The translations under genes were made by a program, and so were the position numbers. Shown piece after piece: positions 1 to 12,745 of a stretch of DNA of 64,000 bases. Source of the DNA: Fimbriosthenelais zetlandica (Eukaryota); the NCBI GenBank assembly GCA_977030845.1, contig OZ365112.1, positions 25,792,001-25,856,000 on the forward strand, given 5' to 3'. Positions within the stretch are counted from its first letter, which is position 1. Every line of letters begins with the position of its first letter. The notes beneath the pieces are model-generated. The model ran no database searches. It saw only the letters and a list, made by a program, of their open reading frames with translations, and was not told the origin of the DNA.

Positions 1-3000
1 ACCTGCCTGATGAGGGTCTAAGATCGGTGCCTTGAGGAGGTCGCAAATACACTCTTCTAAACGATATCTGCTATTTCTACTCAGCCTCTAATCTAAATTC
101 ATAGAAGGTTTATGAATTATTCAGGCTTGATATAAAAGACTATTGTGGTGACGGTCTTTCACCAGATTTCATGGCACTTCATCACTTCAAGGCACTTGCT
201 ACTGAACCGACTGAAAAAGCACACTATATAGTCTGGAAACTATAAGAGAGGAGAATAATAATGACTTCTGCAAGGATTTTTAGTTGTCTTTTGGACTACT
301 GTGTCGTGAATTCTTTCGAAGACAAATTTCAGCGCTTATAGGGAAAATATCTTATAAGTGATAGTTGGTAGAAGGGGTGTACGAATTGGGGTCTATTTGG
401 TGCCTCATCTATAGGTTTATCCCAACTGACACCCTTATCAAAGCCTGCTGACAGTAACATTGAACCCTAGCTGATCTCCCCTGCCGTTCCCTAAACCATT
501 CACACTTCCCATGACATGAACAAGCAAGCCAAGCTGACACTGTGGGTGCTCCCATCTTCAAACCTTCCACCCAGTCCGGAACAGACGGAGATTGTCTATA
601 TATATACTAAAAGGCTGTGATCTTGTACCTCGGTGTACACTATAGTATGGAGATGAGAGTCGAGCTCCCTGGTTTCTGACCCGGGAGCAGGGGTTGAGCA
701 TTGATCTCTAAACAGCTGGAGGATCACTGATCATCTAGGCCCCTGTCTAGAATATCCCCAAACTGCCAACATACACCCCTCCCCTCCACATACCACTGCC
801 AATCTTCATTTAGCCTGTCATTGTCTTGTACCCTGTATACTCAAGGATCCATCACATACGGTCGTAGGGGTGTTACTTTCTGGATCCCAGAGGCTAGAGT
901 ACTGAGGAATGGTTTAGGTAGGACATATTTTACTCCTACTTGTTCGCTTCCCTCCTGCTTTACTTTGGGAGTCCAGAGCTCCTGTGTAATTGATAAAATT
1001 GGGTATTCAGCCCAGCGACCAGATGCAACTGGGCCTCGCGGGAGCCTCTCATTGGAGCCCCTTACCATTAGATTTATGAAGAAATTGGAGCTTTTGTCCC
1101 CTGATTTATAATGATCCACAGGAAAGGTACAGTCCAGGCCCTCACAGATTTAGTTGGGCTACTGAAGGTTCTAACGGCTAGGTTGGTGCGGCCAATCGTC
1201 CCAAGTCCACTGGACTTGTTGGGCCTTGATTGCAGGCCACTCGTGCCCTTCGCCCATCTCAATGCTGCTGGAATCCAAAGGGTAGGATTATCGCAATTTG
1301 GAGCCACTAGAGGTCGCTCGGTGAATGGCCTCGCGAGACTAATCACATGTCGCGGGAGAAAGCGAGAAAGAGGAGAATCGTGTGGGCAGAGTGAATCTCA
1401 GTCTGCTACAGCAGATAGAGATATGATTAGGAATGAGCCCTGGGGAGTAATCGGTGTTAGCTGAGAGAGAACGGGGGAATATAATGGTTTTAATGTCATC
1501 ACAAGCAGCTCCTTCACATACTATCATCTCACCGTAATTAAAACAGACTCCAGAGATTGTTCTTTAAGAGGCTCTGATCGAAATGCAGATACTGCTATAG
1601 TGTCTGGAGCACAGTCCCTTCCTCCCTCCCCCACATCTCTCTCTATCTCCATCTGTGCTAAAAAACACTTATTGTTAGAAGGATGGTTGAAATCTCATAG
1701 AATTTCTTACTTTGGAAATCTATTTCACTACCCAACTGTTAGTCTACTGATAAAGACTTTGAGGACAGTCTATGTTGGCGAGTTTGGTTTAATACTTTAG
1801 CTTCAATGTTGTAGAATTCCAGTCCGGGCACAGGGAATTGAGCAATTTGCCTCTTATTCCACTGCTACTCAATTGGGGATGTCTTCACCGCGCTGGCCGG
1901 CTCCCACGATGATGATATGGGACCAATATTGATCTCCTTCTTATGAAAATACCGGTGTCAAATCCTGGCTCCCATGGGTCGAAGCCTGCTCAAAGCTGTG
2001 AAATCACCCCCCTTCACAAGCATATGACACCAAGCTCGTGAGTGGTGTCCGCTAGTCATGCCTTGTAATGTTGCAGTTTGTACAGTGCCTTCCACTATAT
2101 TATGTCTATTTAGCGACCCGATCGCTTTCATCCCTGCCAAAGTCATTACTTCCGCTGGGAAAATATTTTTCCAATCTGTCTCCCCCGTGAAATATCTCAT
2201 TACACACACTGCCTCCTGATAAGTTTCATGTTGTGTCTGTGGGGTCACTGGTTTTCTTCTGAGTAATGGACATTACTCTAATAAAAACTTCACTTATTGT
2301 AGGCAAGGTTAGTCCGTTTGCTTGTAAAATAAAGACTGTATTGGCTATGATCCAGCCCACGTAAATGGGTGGTCCGGGCTAGTTTTTTTCTTCTCATCGG
2401 AGAAATCCATTTATTTCTCCAGTATCACATCGTCGCAGTAAGTCAGTGGGTAGCACAGGGGGGATTAAAGCCAACTGAACGTGAAATTAGTGCTTTATTT
2501 TACCATGTTTATTGGTCATGGTTGCCTTTTTCTCATCTGCCCTATTTTTAACAATGGTTTCACCACTTTTTGAGGGGAGAAATGAAAAAGCAGCTCCGGT
2601 TTTCAAAGGATATAAAACGTCATGTTTCCCTTAGTTTTTTAACTGGACAAAGGATGAGGAAGGATCTGATTTTTGATTTACAAATTGGTTATGAATTTTT
2701 TAAGACCTTGAGCTGTCATTTCGAATCACATCATAAGGAGTCACATCTGTTTTATGCCTGCCATCCAATCCAATATCTTCCCATATCTTTTCATTGCCCA
2801 TTCCCTTTTTAATCATCGCAACAAAAAGGCCCCTTTGTCTGAGCTACATTTTGCTGAAGGCAATCCTCAATACTCTTTTTCTTTGGTATTTCATGAGCTT
2901 TTCGGCTTAAGATAACCAATATCATCTAAACCCTTGAAGATTGTTAACCGATCTTCCCTCGCTTCGTAGCACTTTGAAAGTGATTCGGTTGATGAATTCA

Positions 3001-4413
3001 TTTTCTCAGACCTTCGGCAAAAGTGCCGCTCGGGATGATGATCCCTCTCAATGGTTTCAATCACCATGGAAACCAGATTATTTGGGTATCAAAAGCTGGC
3101 CTGCATATATCAGATTTAGAGCTCCCTTGTGGAGTAATTTACAGGCGCTTCTTCCGATCCAGAAATCAATTAAATGCCATTGGGAACCCGCTCTCTATAG
3201 TTTCCCCATTCACCACCGTGATCGCAACGACTTTCATTAGGGCATAATATTAACATAAGACCTCCTTATGCCGTTTTTTTAGCTTCCAGGGATGCAAAAG
3301 CCTTAATATGCTTTCCTTAACTCTTTCCATACTCTGCTTAGTGTTTTCCTACATCAAAAAATCGGTCCTCAAACTACCGAAAGTTAAATTCATCTCTTAT
3401 GTATTAACAACATTTATCATGGTCGGGTCACCCCATGCATGCTCGCCATTTTCACCGAAACCTATTTATTTCGAAGGATATATCCATAGCAATGTTTTTT
3501 CTAAGAATTCATAGATGCACCCCTTTAAACTGAATACCACCATATAGCCTCAGGTCCTAACGTTGATGGTATAGTAACCTTGGTCCGGGATGCTATATTT
3601 ACCTTTGACCGAAATCATTAATTTTTCAAATGCAGAATACCACCACACAGGGTCGTCCTCCATCACATATACCTTTCATGTAATTGTGCTGCATTTCTCC
3701 ACACAATAGGCAGTTTCCGCTCCAGGGACTTTGATCTCTGATAGAGGCAAAAAAAAAGCATGGTCTGAACCCCCAGGGAGATGGCTTCACGTGTGGTCCG
3801 GTCATATGATGATGACGAGGTGGAGGCCCCCCTGTATCTACTACCTAAATGGGCAGCATGGAAGGCATGTAGCATGCCCCATATGTATACTGTACATGGG
3901 CACATTATGGCCTTTTGGGAAAGATACACAGCCTCCATTGTCATCTTTATTGGTTAGTTGAATAGCTATTCTCGGAACTTTACCCCGGGAAAGGGCATGC
4001 GAAACAGACATAAATCATTGAACTGTTTGTATTGCTTCCATCGGGTATAATACTGTTGCAGCCCCCTGGTTAATTAGGGGTGCTTTGGCTGATTCCATCT
4101 GGGTTTCTTCATATAAAACATTGCTGTTTAACATTGAATTACAGTGGTGTTGGGATATAGCGAAAGTCATGGAGAATTTCCATGTGAATTATCGCAGTGT
4201 ATAGATCGTACTTCTCTATTATTTCAGAGGGAGTACAGTCCACTGATTTGTCACTGTATCTGGCGACAGGAGCCCGCCTTAAAACTAATGGCGGAGTGAG
4301 ACTTGGAATTCCAGTAATCACATTTGCCTTATACAAAGAACACGTGTCCCCCCTGTTCCTGCTAGCCTCGCCAATTACTTGCTGCTGAAGTAGCGGCCAG
4401 CACTGCCACTGGT

Positions 4414-4625
4414 TTAATATGGATACGTGTGGCTGCCGTTCGAGGTCTGGTTTTGCCAAAGACAAATGCTCTCGCTGACATTGCTGAGCTGCTCTGCTTG
4501 CTGCAATCTGCTGACAATCTGCTCAGCAGAGATGGCATCAGTGCTCAAAGCCTTGAGCAGAAAGCCAGCCCTGGCCGCTTCAGCTTTAATGTCCCAATTA
4601 GTGCTACTGGTATGATTAGGTGCCA
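4414..4625 (-). CDS. Candidate terminal coding exon, unknown product (low confidence)
   Basis: Minus strand: acceptor-like TTCATTCCACAG, then an open frame (V)APNHTSSTNWDIKAEAARAGFLLKALSTDAISAEQIVSRLQQAEQLSNVSESICLWQNQTSNGSHTYPY ending at TAA 4414-4416. The other two minus frames close early. No homology recognised. The region is CAG/CTG-rich and also open on the plus strand, so openness is weak evidence. Confidence 0.2.
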
Positions 4626-5739
4626 CTGTGGAATGAATTAACCTTATTGTCTAGATCTAACATGCGATACTAGCTTGGAAGGTATTGGCTTGTTAAATGT
4701 GTTCGTGATCTGGATTGCTGTATCAGTATATAGAATATATATAAAAGGTTCTGCGATGCTGAACAGAATCTGTCATGAACACCATTACTGACAGACAGCA
4801 TATAGAACTCACATTGAATTTTAAAGAGGTACTGAGATACAGCACAAAAAATGAATTTGAAAATGTCAGTTTTTTTGCTGCAAGTAACATGCCATTGTGA
4901 ATGACAGGTTAAATTGCTGTCACTTGGGCTGGCTGACTCTGATTCAGGGCCAGGGCAGTTTTATATGACACCAAGCTGTCACATTACATGTCAGCCATGT
5001 TCGTTGTCACGACACAATAGTTGACATCTCTGCATGTCCACGTGAACAATGTCGTGTATGGGTTAGGAAGGGAGACCACGTTTAAAAGCGTCCTATGTTA
5101 TTACATATGGTATCTTTCGTGTCATACTTCTATGGTAGTATTCTCTTCCATCCGCAGGTCTACCCACAAAAATGTCATTTGGCATGATTGTGCACGTTGG
5201 GCCAAGTTTTCTGCCTGGTGACTCACGATTTTGAAGTAACAGCAGTGGGTCTATTCACCTATATTATACATTCCAGCCTTTGTGTATCATGCTATATGTA
5301 CCATCATGTAATACGATGTGTTACCTCCATGATTCCCCGTGTGTATTGCTGTGTTTGCTGTCATTTTCTGAACTGAGTCCAACTATTCCCATGACTGGTC
5401 GAACTCCAATGATTAACATTCCCAATTGAGGCCTCAAATACACTAAGCTGGTTTTTGCCATTTACAGTTCAATCCATGAACATCCAACCTGCAGCATGAT
5501 ACAGATCTAATCTACTACAATCTTGTCTTACATCAAATTAGGAGGATTTTTGTCAAAGACAGCGATGAAGCTATCTTAAGAGAGGTTTATTTCACGGCGG
5601 CTTGCCTTCTTCATCAGTATTCTCTAGATGGAGGCAGACTGATGAATGACCATATTATCGCCCATGTAGGGGCTGCCATATTACACCTCTGTGGTTTTGT
5701 AACAATGGTGGCCTGCTTCAAAGCTTAATATTCTCCTTC

Positions 5740-5753
5740 CCTCTCTCTCTCCC

Positions 5754-5794
<41 letters not shown>
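5740..5794. repeat. (CT)n/(GA)n microsatellite
   Basis: Perfect (CT)15 at 5765-5794, preceded by CT units interrupted by CC. Confidence 0.95.
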
Positions 5795-5800
<6 letters not shown>

Positions 5801-8800
5801 TACTTTCACATCAGTTCTAGATGTAGCTGAGGAAAGATCTGTAATCAGCGACTGTCTATTATCGCTCAAAAGTTTCTCCAGTCAGTCGTTGAAGGAGGAT
5901 ATCTTTCTGTCGGCGACTTCATGATCGCGGACCTTCTTCCTCTTTTGTCTTCGATCAGAGATTCGTCCACTTTGTAGATGATTCGGGCTTGGAGCGATGG
6001 AATGAGAGAAATTACCCATCCTGAAAGACTTTTTTTATTCTACTGAAATTACATTCCCATCTAGCGTTTTGTGGCAGTGAGTGGCCCGGTATGGCATTGA
6101 TGCAGCATGTAATATCTCAATTTGAGTTTGTTAAATGACATCAATTTAAGAGACAGAGTTCTTCTTACGGCGAGAACAGCGTTTTACACAGGCATTGTTG
6201 AAGTGATTATTTATGGCGACTTTTGCTTCTGTTTAATGGAAATGTATTCCCCATTCCCCTTCCCCAGCTCATTTGCTTCCTTGTCAGCAAACATATCGAT
6301 TATCATAGACAGCATTACATCAAACAGGGACATTTTCCTTCAGCTTAGGAACTTTTCCAAGCTTTATACATAACAATACAGAGATGGAAGGTTGTTTCCC
6401 ATGACCTGCCAGTATATAGCCAGGTCCTTTGAAATGATAACATAGACTGTTTGGAAGGCATTGTATAGATGAGGGAATCCAGACGAGCCATTCCTGTGCT
6501 GGCATGATGATGACTTGCCTTCAGCTGGGGACTGGCTGTGGTGTCTGCGGTCTCTACCTCGCCCGTCTACATTACATTAAAGGGTTATAGATTGCTCCTC
6601 TGTTGACAGGCCTGGTATTGAAGACATCTCCGTATCTCCTGCGTGTCACCAGGGCCTTCCTCCAGTAGGGGAACCCGCTCGGCGTCTGTTTGCTTTCCAT
6701 GCTAATTTCATTAGGTCTCCTGGTTCTGGCGGGGGAGGAATCGGGTTAGTCCGGGAGACAGCCGAGGCTCGAAACCACTCCCCGAGTCCTTCCAGAGAGG
6801 AGAATGACGCTGAGACATTGTACATGGCTTTAGTTAATGAAATTATCACAACAGATGGGCAGTCACGCTGATACTACAGGGGTATCACACCGTGTCCTCC
6901 TAGTGTAACATAGATGTAAGTCCTTGACATGAGAGAAACCTACTCATCCACATGCCAAAATATCCTTTCATTCCCATCTCAAATCTTCTCCCACGCCCCT
7001 TGGTTTGTTTGAAGAACTGAAAGCTTGTCAGGGAGATCTCAAATGTATCTCTTCATCCCTTTTTACCCTCCTCTAATATTTATCTATGTAAGGGGGAGTA
7101 TTGTCCTGTAAAACCATGATTCAAATGTGTGCTCAACTGGAAATAATGTTCCCAAGAAAATGTATGTGTTGCAATGGATGTCAATGTATCTCTCACAGGA
7201 ATGAAAACCATGACTGAAAGATGTCGGCTAATTGATTCCAAAAAACGAAGGCGAGAGATTTTTCTTTCCTTGTTGTAATGTCAAGTCTTTACTTTGACAA
7301 CATCAAATTATACTTGATGAAAAAAGGAGATTTTTCTATGCTCCACTGTTGGCTGATTACCCACATAGAAGGTGTTTTGAGGAGGTTGGTTGACATAAAT
7401 ATTGACACGTTCCTGTTGTTCCCTCATCACCACTTCATTCATCTTCATTATGTAAATATGATTGTCAGCCTGCTCGTGGCCACCAGATGAATATAACATT
7501 TATCAGGATAGGTGTCCCTCCGTGCACCTTATTTATTCAAATTTGCATAATCCAAAGCTAGACACAGACATGGGGTGGCAGTTATCTGCCTCAATGTGTA
7601 AGCGCCCTCCTTCAAATTTCAGTGGTTCAGACTGTTCCAAGTGTCCCCTAAACTTTTGCACTTTACCACTTCAATCCTAAGATCTCTTCAGAAGGTAGTT
7701 CATTGGGAGAACTCACAAGGCAATATTTGGCCATTTAGGAATATGTAACAAGAAATATTTATCACGTAAAGATTCGTTGTTTAAAGGAAACCAATGACCG
7801 ATTTGAATTCATATCAGATTATCAACCTTATCTATTCCACCAGAAGATTAAGCAACGTAGCACTATACTTAATCCAAGAGAAAACACACATTGTTGTCAA
7901 ACCAATGACACATACAATACACAACAATCATGATAAATAGGACATACTGAAGGAAAAAATAATCATCGTATTTGATGACTGCCTTTAATGCTTCCAGATA
8001 GAGAAAAGAGGCAGGTGTTGGGTGGGCCTTTAATCCACAGCGAAGTGTGTTTTCACAAGCGATGAAGAATGATTGCAACAAAAGCATTTCCCTCAAATGG
8101 GAAGTCTTCTATTATTTAGAGACAGCCTTGAGTTCTTCTAGTGGTCTGTCAAGTGGTGTTAATATAACAGACTATACATGCTCCAACTAAATGTCGGGGG
8201 CTGCCTACCCACCTCCAGGCAACATAGCAAGGGCATGGCAACGCTCATGGATCAATTTAGGGGGGAGCTGCCTCGATGAAAACACTGGTCGTAATTAAAT
8301 GCTGTATTTCTTTCCCTCCCCGAGAGGTTAGTGGAAGTAGTATTTATGCCTGCAGCCTCCCCATCCACAGCGTCTGGATGTTGTCTGCCGATTGTGCGCC
8401 TTTTAAGCCTATTTATCGCTGTATCACTTCAGACCTTCAACGTTTATTTATTTCTCATGAATTGTTCTATTATCGATGCTCTTCCTTTTGACTGTTGCTG
8501 TGGAAGTTCTTCAATTTATTTTTATTTTTGTTTCTAGGTAAGCGTTTCACTGTCTCGGACTGGTCGTTGCTGCATGTGTCTCAGTGTTGAATGTAAGTAT
8601 GTGTTTAATTCTGAAAGCCATAGTTATTAGATAAGATAGTTTTAAGATGTAGATTAAGTTCTAAAGGAATCTATTAGTCTTAAGCTCCGCGCATGTCCAG
8701 TGAATTGTTTTCTTCATATGTGTCAGTACTTGCACACCTTTCAATTTATTATGACAGGTTGACCTGAAGAACACCAAGAAAACAGCTCAGTAGACATGGG

Positions 8801-11041
8801 GCTTTTAAGCATTGTTTACCTATTGTATTAGATATTAATCAATCCATCCAGACAGGAGCATCCTATACTTGCCCATTTAGCCAGCCTCTATTATATTGCC
8901 CATCAGTATACATATATAAGACCGCGGTGGTTTTTGCTGCAGCACGAGAACCGGAGATCTCAGGAGACTTCCAAAACCATTAAGCCGAGCAAGTGCCACA
9001 CCAGAAAGTGGGATGCTTACAAGAAGGTCCAGCCTCTATGATGGGTTTAGGATGGGATGTGAAGGGAGGGTCAAAGCCACCTCATTGCCAGTGTCTGCTC
9101 CATGCAAAGGCCACCCCACAACCACCACCACCCACCCACCCTTTCCCTCCTCATAGGTCCACTCCTGGCCATACATATTTGATAGAGACATGATCATGGA
9201 GTTAGGATAGCACTAGAGCAGTCATCTAACCCGGACTGGCAGAGAAAAACCATCCAGTGAGAGAACAAAGGATGCTCTTTAGTTAGAAGTGCCTGCTGCT
9301 GGCCGGCCACCGCAAGAGGCCAATGCCTGCAGGCCATTAACTCAACTTAGAAACCTCTTATCATCTGAATATCTCATCTCAATGCAAATACTGCCTTCTC
9401 TCCATCCTCCAACGACCTTTCCATTGTCCTCCTTGCATATAGCTTCCATAGTTTCATTTTGTCATGAAGGAAAGTGTTTCCCAGTCTGCTTAAAATCGTC
9501 CTCGTAAAGATTGTTGGTACGGCCTCCAAGAGTTAAGCGAGTGGCATCCTTTTCCAGATAAGTGTTGTGGAGTACTTATCCTTGGCAGATGTAGTTCAGT
9601 GAGGCAAAGTTTGACCCAACTTTCCCCGTACCCTCCTCTCATGGCCCAGATGTTGGCAGGAAATAAGCATGACATCCTTCTTATCGATCGTTCTCTCTTT
9701 TCCCATTTTGCCTCACGAGTGTGGCGTGGGTGTATAATTGCCCTCCTTCTTCTGTATATTATCAAAATACAAATATTGATCTTCACTGCGTTTTGAAATG
9801 CTCGTGCAACTCTTTTTTTCTTTCTCTCAAAGTACTTTGAACACTCTACGGAGAAAGAGACTGCTTGTTTGAAGTTGCTAGCTAGCTTCAAGAACTGCAT
9901 TAAGTAGTGTATGGAAATGGTAATAGAAACCAGGCAATCGCGAGTTCTGTCCTTGTGCGCGTTGTACCCTTTTGGCACACGGGAATCCATTACATTGATT
10001 CTAGAATATGAACTCCTCTCAAATGTCACAATTTCAATTCTCTAGTGAGTGTTTACGTCTAAAGGTTAAAAATAACCTTTAAAATGGCGCGCCGCTTGAT
10101 TGATTGCCGCTGATGGTCGGCGGGAGGATATTTGATGCGAAGTGGGCTTGTGACACTGTTTCGCAGCAGCGGCAGGAATGTACTCGAATTACTCTGAGTT
10201 ACATGTACCTGTTACCTATTAGCTCTCATATCAGATAACGTGAACCCTCCTCACAAGGACCGTCTTCTACACATCACATCCTCTCTGATGCTCCTTTATC
10301 CATCTTGATCTTGAGATGTTCCATGAAAATAAAGCGCTTTAATCGGGGGATTAAATGCTCCCGTTTTGCCGGGGATTGCGATAGAGAAATGAATTATTCA
10401 AAGACATGATCCTTCCCCCCTTTACCTTCGGGGGCTATGTTGAAAATATAAAGTGAAACGGTTAGAAAATGAACAACCGTCTTGCTGTTTCTGATATTTT
10501 CAGAATTGATGTGGATAATTGAGGACATTTCATTTATTATGTATTGCCGAACTCTATAGCCACCTGACATGTTTTATTGCAATTACCCCTGGATAATTTT
10601 GTGAGAGTAATTTGTGTGTCTTGTAATTGCAAGAAGATTGCCTAGGGATCTTTACAGAGAAAGGCGATCAAAGAGAAGCAATTCCTCTTGTGAAATGCCT
10701 ATATAGCCTGCATGGTCAATTTCTCTTTGCTGAAATGGACCGGGCTACTATTGCTTTGAGAGCCTAAAGACCTAGATATATGTGTATCTGTATTGAGAAT
10801 TGATCACCATGGTATGCATGTAGCTGGAATCAAGACAGATGGTCCGAAGTGTGGATGGGAAACGTAGGTCGACGATTAGCTGGCTAGCAAGGCAAGTGCC
10901 AGGCCTGGGCGAGAGGCCAACTCTCAGGTGTGAAAAGTGGATGAGTCTCCCAATATGCAGTGATAGGTGGGATGGCAGAGCCAACCAACTCCCATGTATT
11001 ATTGAAGTGAATTCTGCCAGGGCATCAGCCAATAGACTCAC

Positions 11042-11177
11042 ATCTCCCTAGGCCATTTGCTTGCACCAAAATCCCCCATATATACATTGGCCATCGGCCT
11101 TCTGCCTTTGTATGGATGTATATATGTAATATGCCCAGTGAGTTTTTTTGCTGGGTGGCTTATCAAATGAAGTCTCT
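11042..11177 (-). CDS. Candidate internal exon with a DFG tripeptide (low confidence)
   Basis: Minus strand: pyrimidine-rich tract plus CAG acceptor, then 136 nt with one open frame (xRLHLISHPAKKLTGHITYIHPYKGRRPMANVYMGDFGASKWPRE), then a perfect GTGAGT donor. No family assignment possible. Confidence 0.2.
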
Positions 11178-12707
11178 CTGACCATTCGAGGGAGATAAAA
11201 AGCTGGATTTTATTATGATTTGAAGAATGGAAGCCCGGTGAATGTTCCTCCGTTTGGCTTTCGGTCCCCTGTTGGATGCAATGATGATATGGCTTGATAT
11301 GGTATGATTGCATCAGGGGTCCCGCTATGGAAACTGTTTACAGTTATTTTTCATGATCCGCTGTACATACAAACAGCACTTAGTATCACATTATATATAA
11401 GCCCTACTATCTTCATAACTTCTCTAGTTCAGCAGTAGACCTAGAAACGCCAGGAATAAAAACTAATCAACCGAAATGTTGGCGAACAAAATGTATCTCT
11501 GACATAAGTGGGGTAATTTACCAATCCCACGCCTTTTGCAGTCGCGCCAGGAAGGTGGAGATACATTGTGAGGCTAATATGTGTGCCTATATGGCTTAAA
11601 GCTGACAGCAGCTATTCGATATGGCTATGTTATCAGACTGTTTTACCTGCTAAATGGCTTCAGCCTGATCCAGACAGTCTCCAGATATGGTCTATACAAA
11701 ATGAAGCTGGCCATTCCCAATAGAAGCAAGGGGACAGGTGAGAGAGATATAGCACAGATCCAGTATAGAAGTAATTGGATCCAATCATTCACACTGCAAT
11801 TCACATCAACACCTGTCATAGGACCACCATTGAAAGCTCTACCTACACGCTGCCATTTTCTACACCATTAGCTCCATTCTGCTTGATTGACATTTTGGCA
11901 GTGGATCTCTCTGACAAATATACATCATTGAGAACCCGCAGGTATAAATATAGCTCCTCCTGCGTGTTTCTGGTCTCTGCCGATGTCGATCTGCTCCACC
12001 GAGCTGTAGACAATCGACCCATCGCCCGCGGCCAATTGCCAAAGACCTTTAGATGTCACAGCGCTAGTTTTTAATCACCTTACTAATTGCCTCATCCCTC
12101 TCCAACTCGCGAGTATCAAACATTAAAATTGCCTTCCACTGTTGGCGGCATCTCAACAAGTCGTGTCTCAGCGAGTTGCTCATGGCACGAGCAATTGATT
12201 TTGGAGGACGCATACAAGGCATTGACACTGACATCCAGGCAGTCATTTTGGCAGCATTCTCAGGTATATTTCCCTGTGGACTTTCCCTCCTAATCCTCAT
12301 AGAATAGTCGCACCAGTCAGCCTTCCTAAATCAGTCCCGCATTCTATAAGCATATCGAGCAACCCGGTTAAGCTCAGTACAACATCTATCTTTATTTACT
12401 TCTCCACGCAGGCTTCATTGCTTAGGCCCAAAGGTCAATGAATCCCCATAGTATTTTTCTCCCACAAGCCTCAACTGAACTACCTTTCACTCATTTAAGC
12501 CCTGTTTTTCAAGCAGGAGCTTGTCAGGATAATCACACAGCGATTATTACGCTACATGAAAGGCCTTGATGGAAATAGTCACTAACGTATAAGATCCAGA
12601 TGTGGAGCATCTTCCTAAACATGTATCTCACTCATCCACACCTTTTTTTACCACTATAGCGCTCCCCTTCACTTTGTGCTCCTTCCATGACCTCCTGAGC
12701 TACGCCA

Positions 12708-12745
12708 CACGTGATCTCAGGCGCCTATGACGTCATACTTCCGGT
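12708..12745. promoter_or_regulatory. Promoter-like motif cluster: E-box, CRE, ETS
   Basis: CACGTG 12708-12713; palindrome TATGACGTCATA (full CRE) 12726-12737; ACTTCCGG (ETS/GABPA-type) 12737-12744. Followed by ATG 12816 and a possible donor CAG|GTAACC at 12923/12924. Confidence 0.4.

Noticed and set aside
2445-2530. hAT-like CxxH region (minus)
   Set aside because: Needs a frameshift and reads through a stop; the similarity is subjective.
9490-10029. Longest ORF (179 aa, minus)
   Set aside because: No recognisable motif, composition driven by local T/C-rich runs on the plus strand, and a length compatible with chance.
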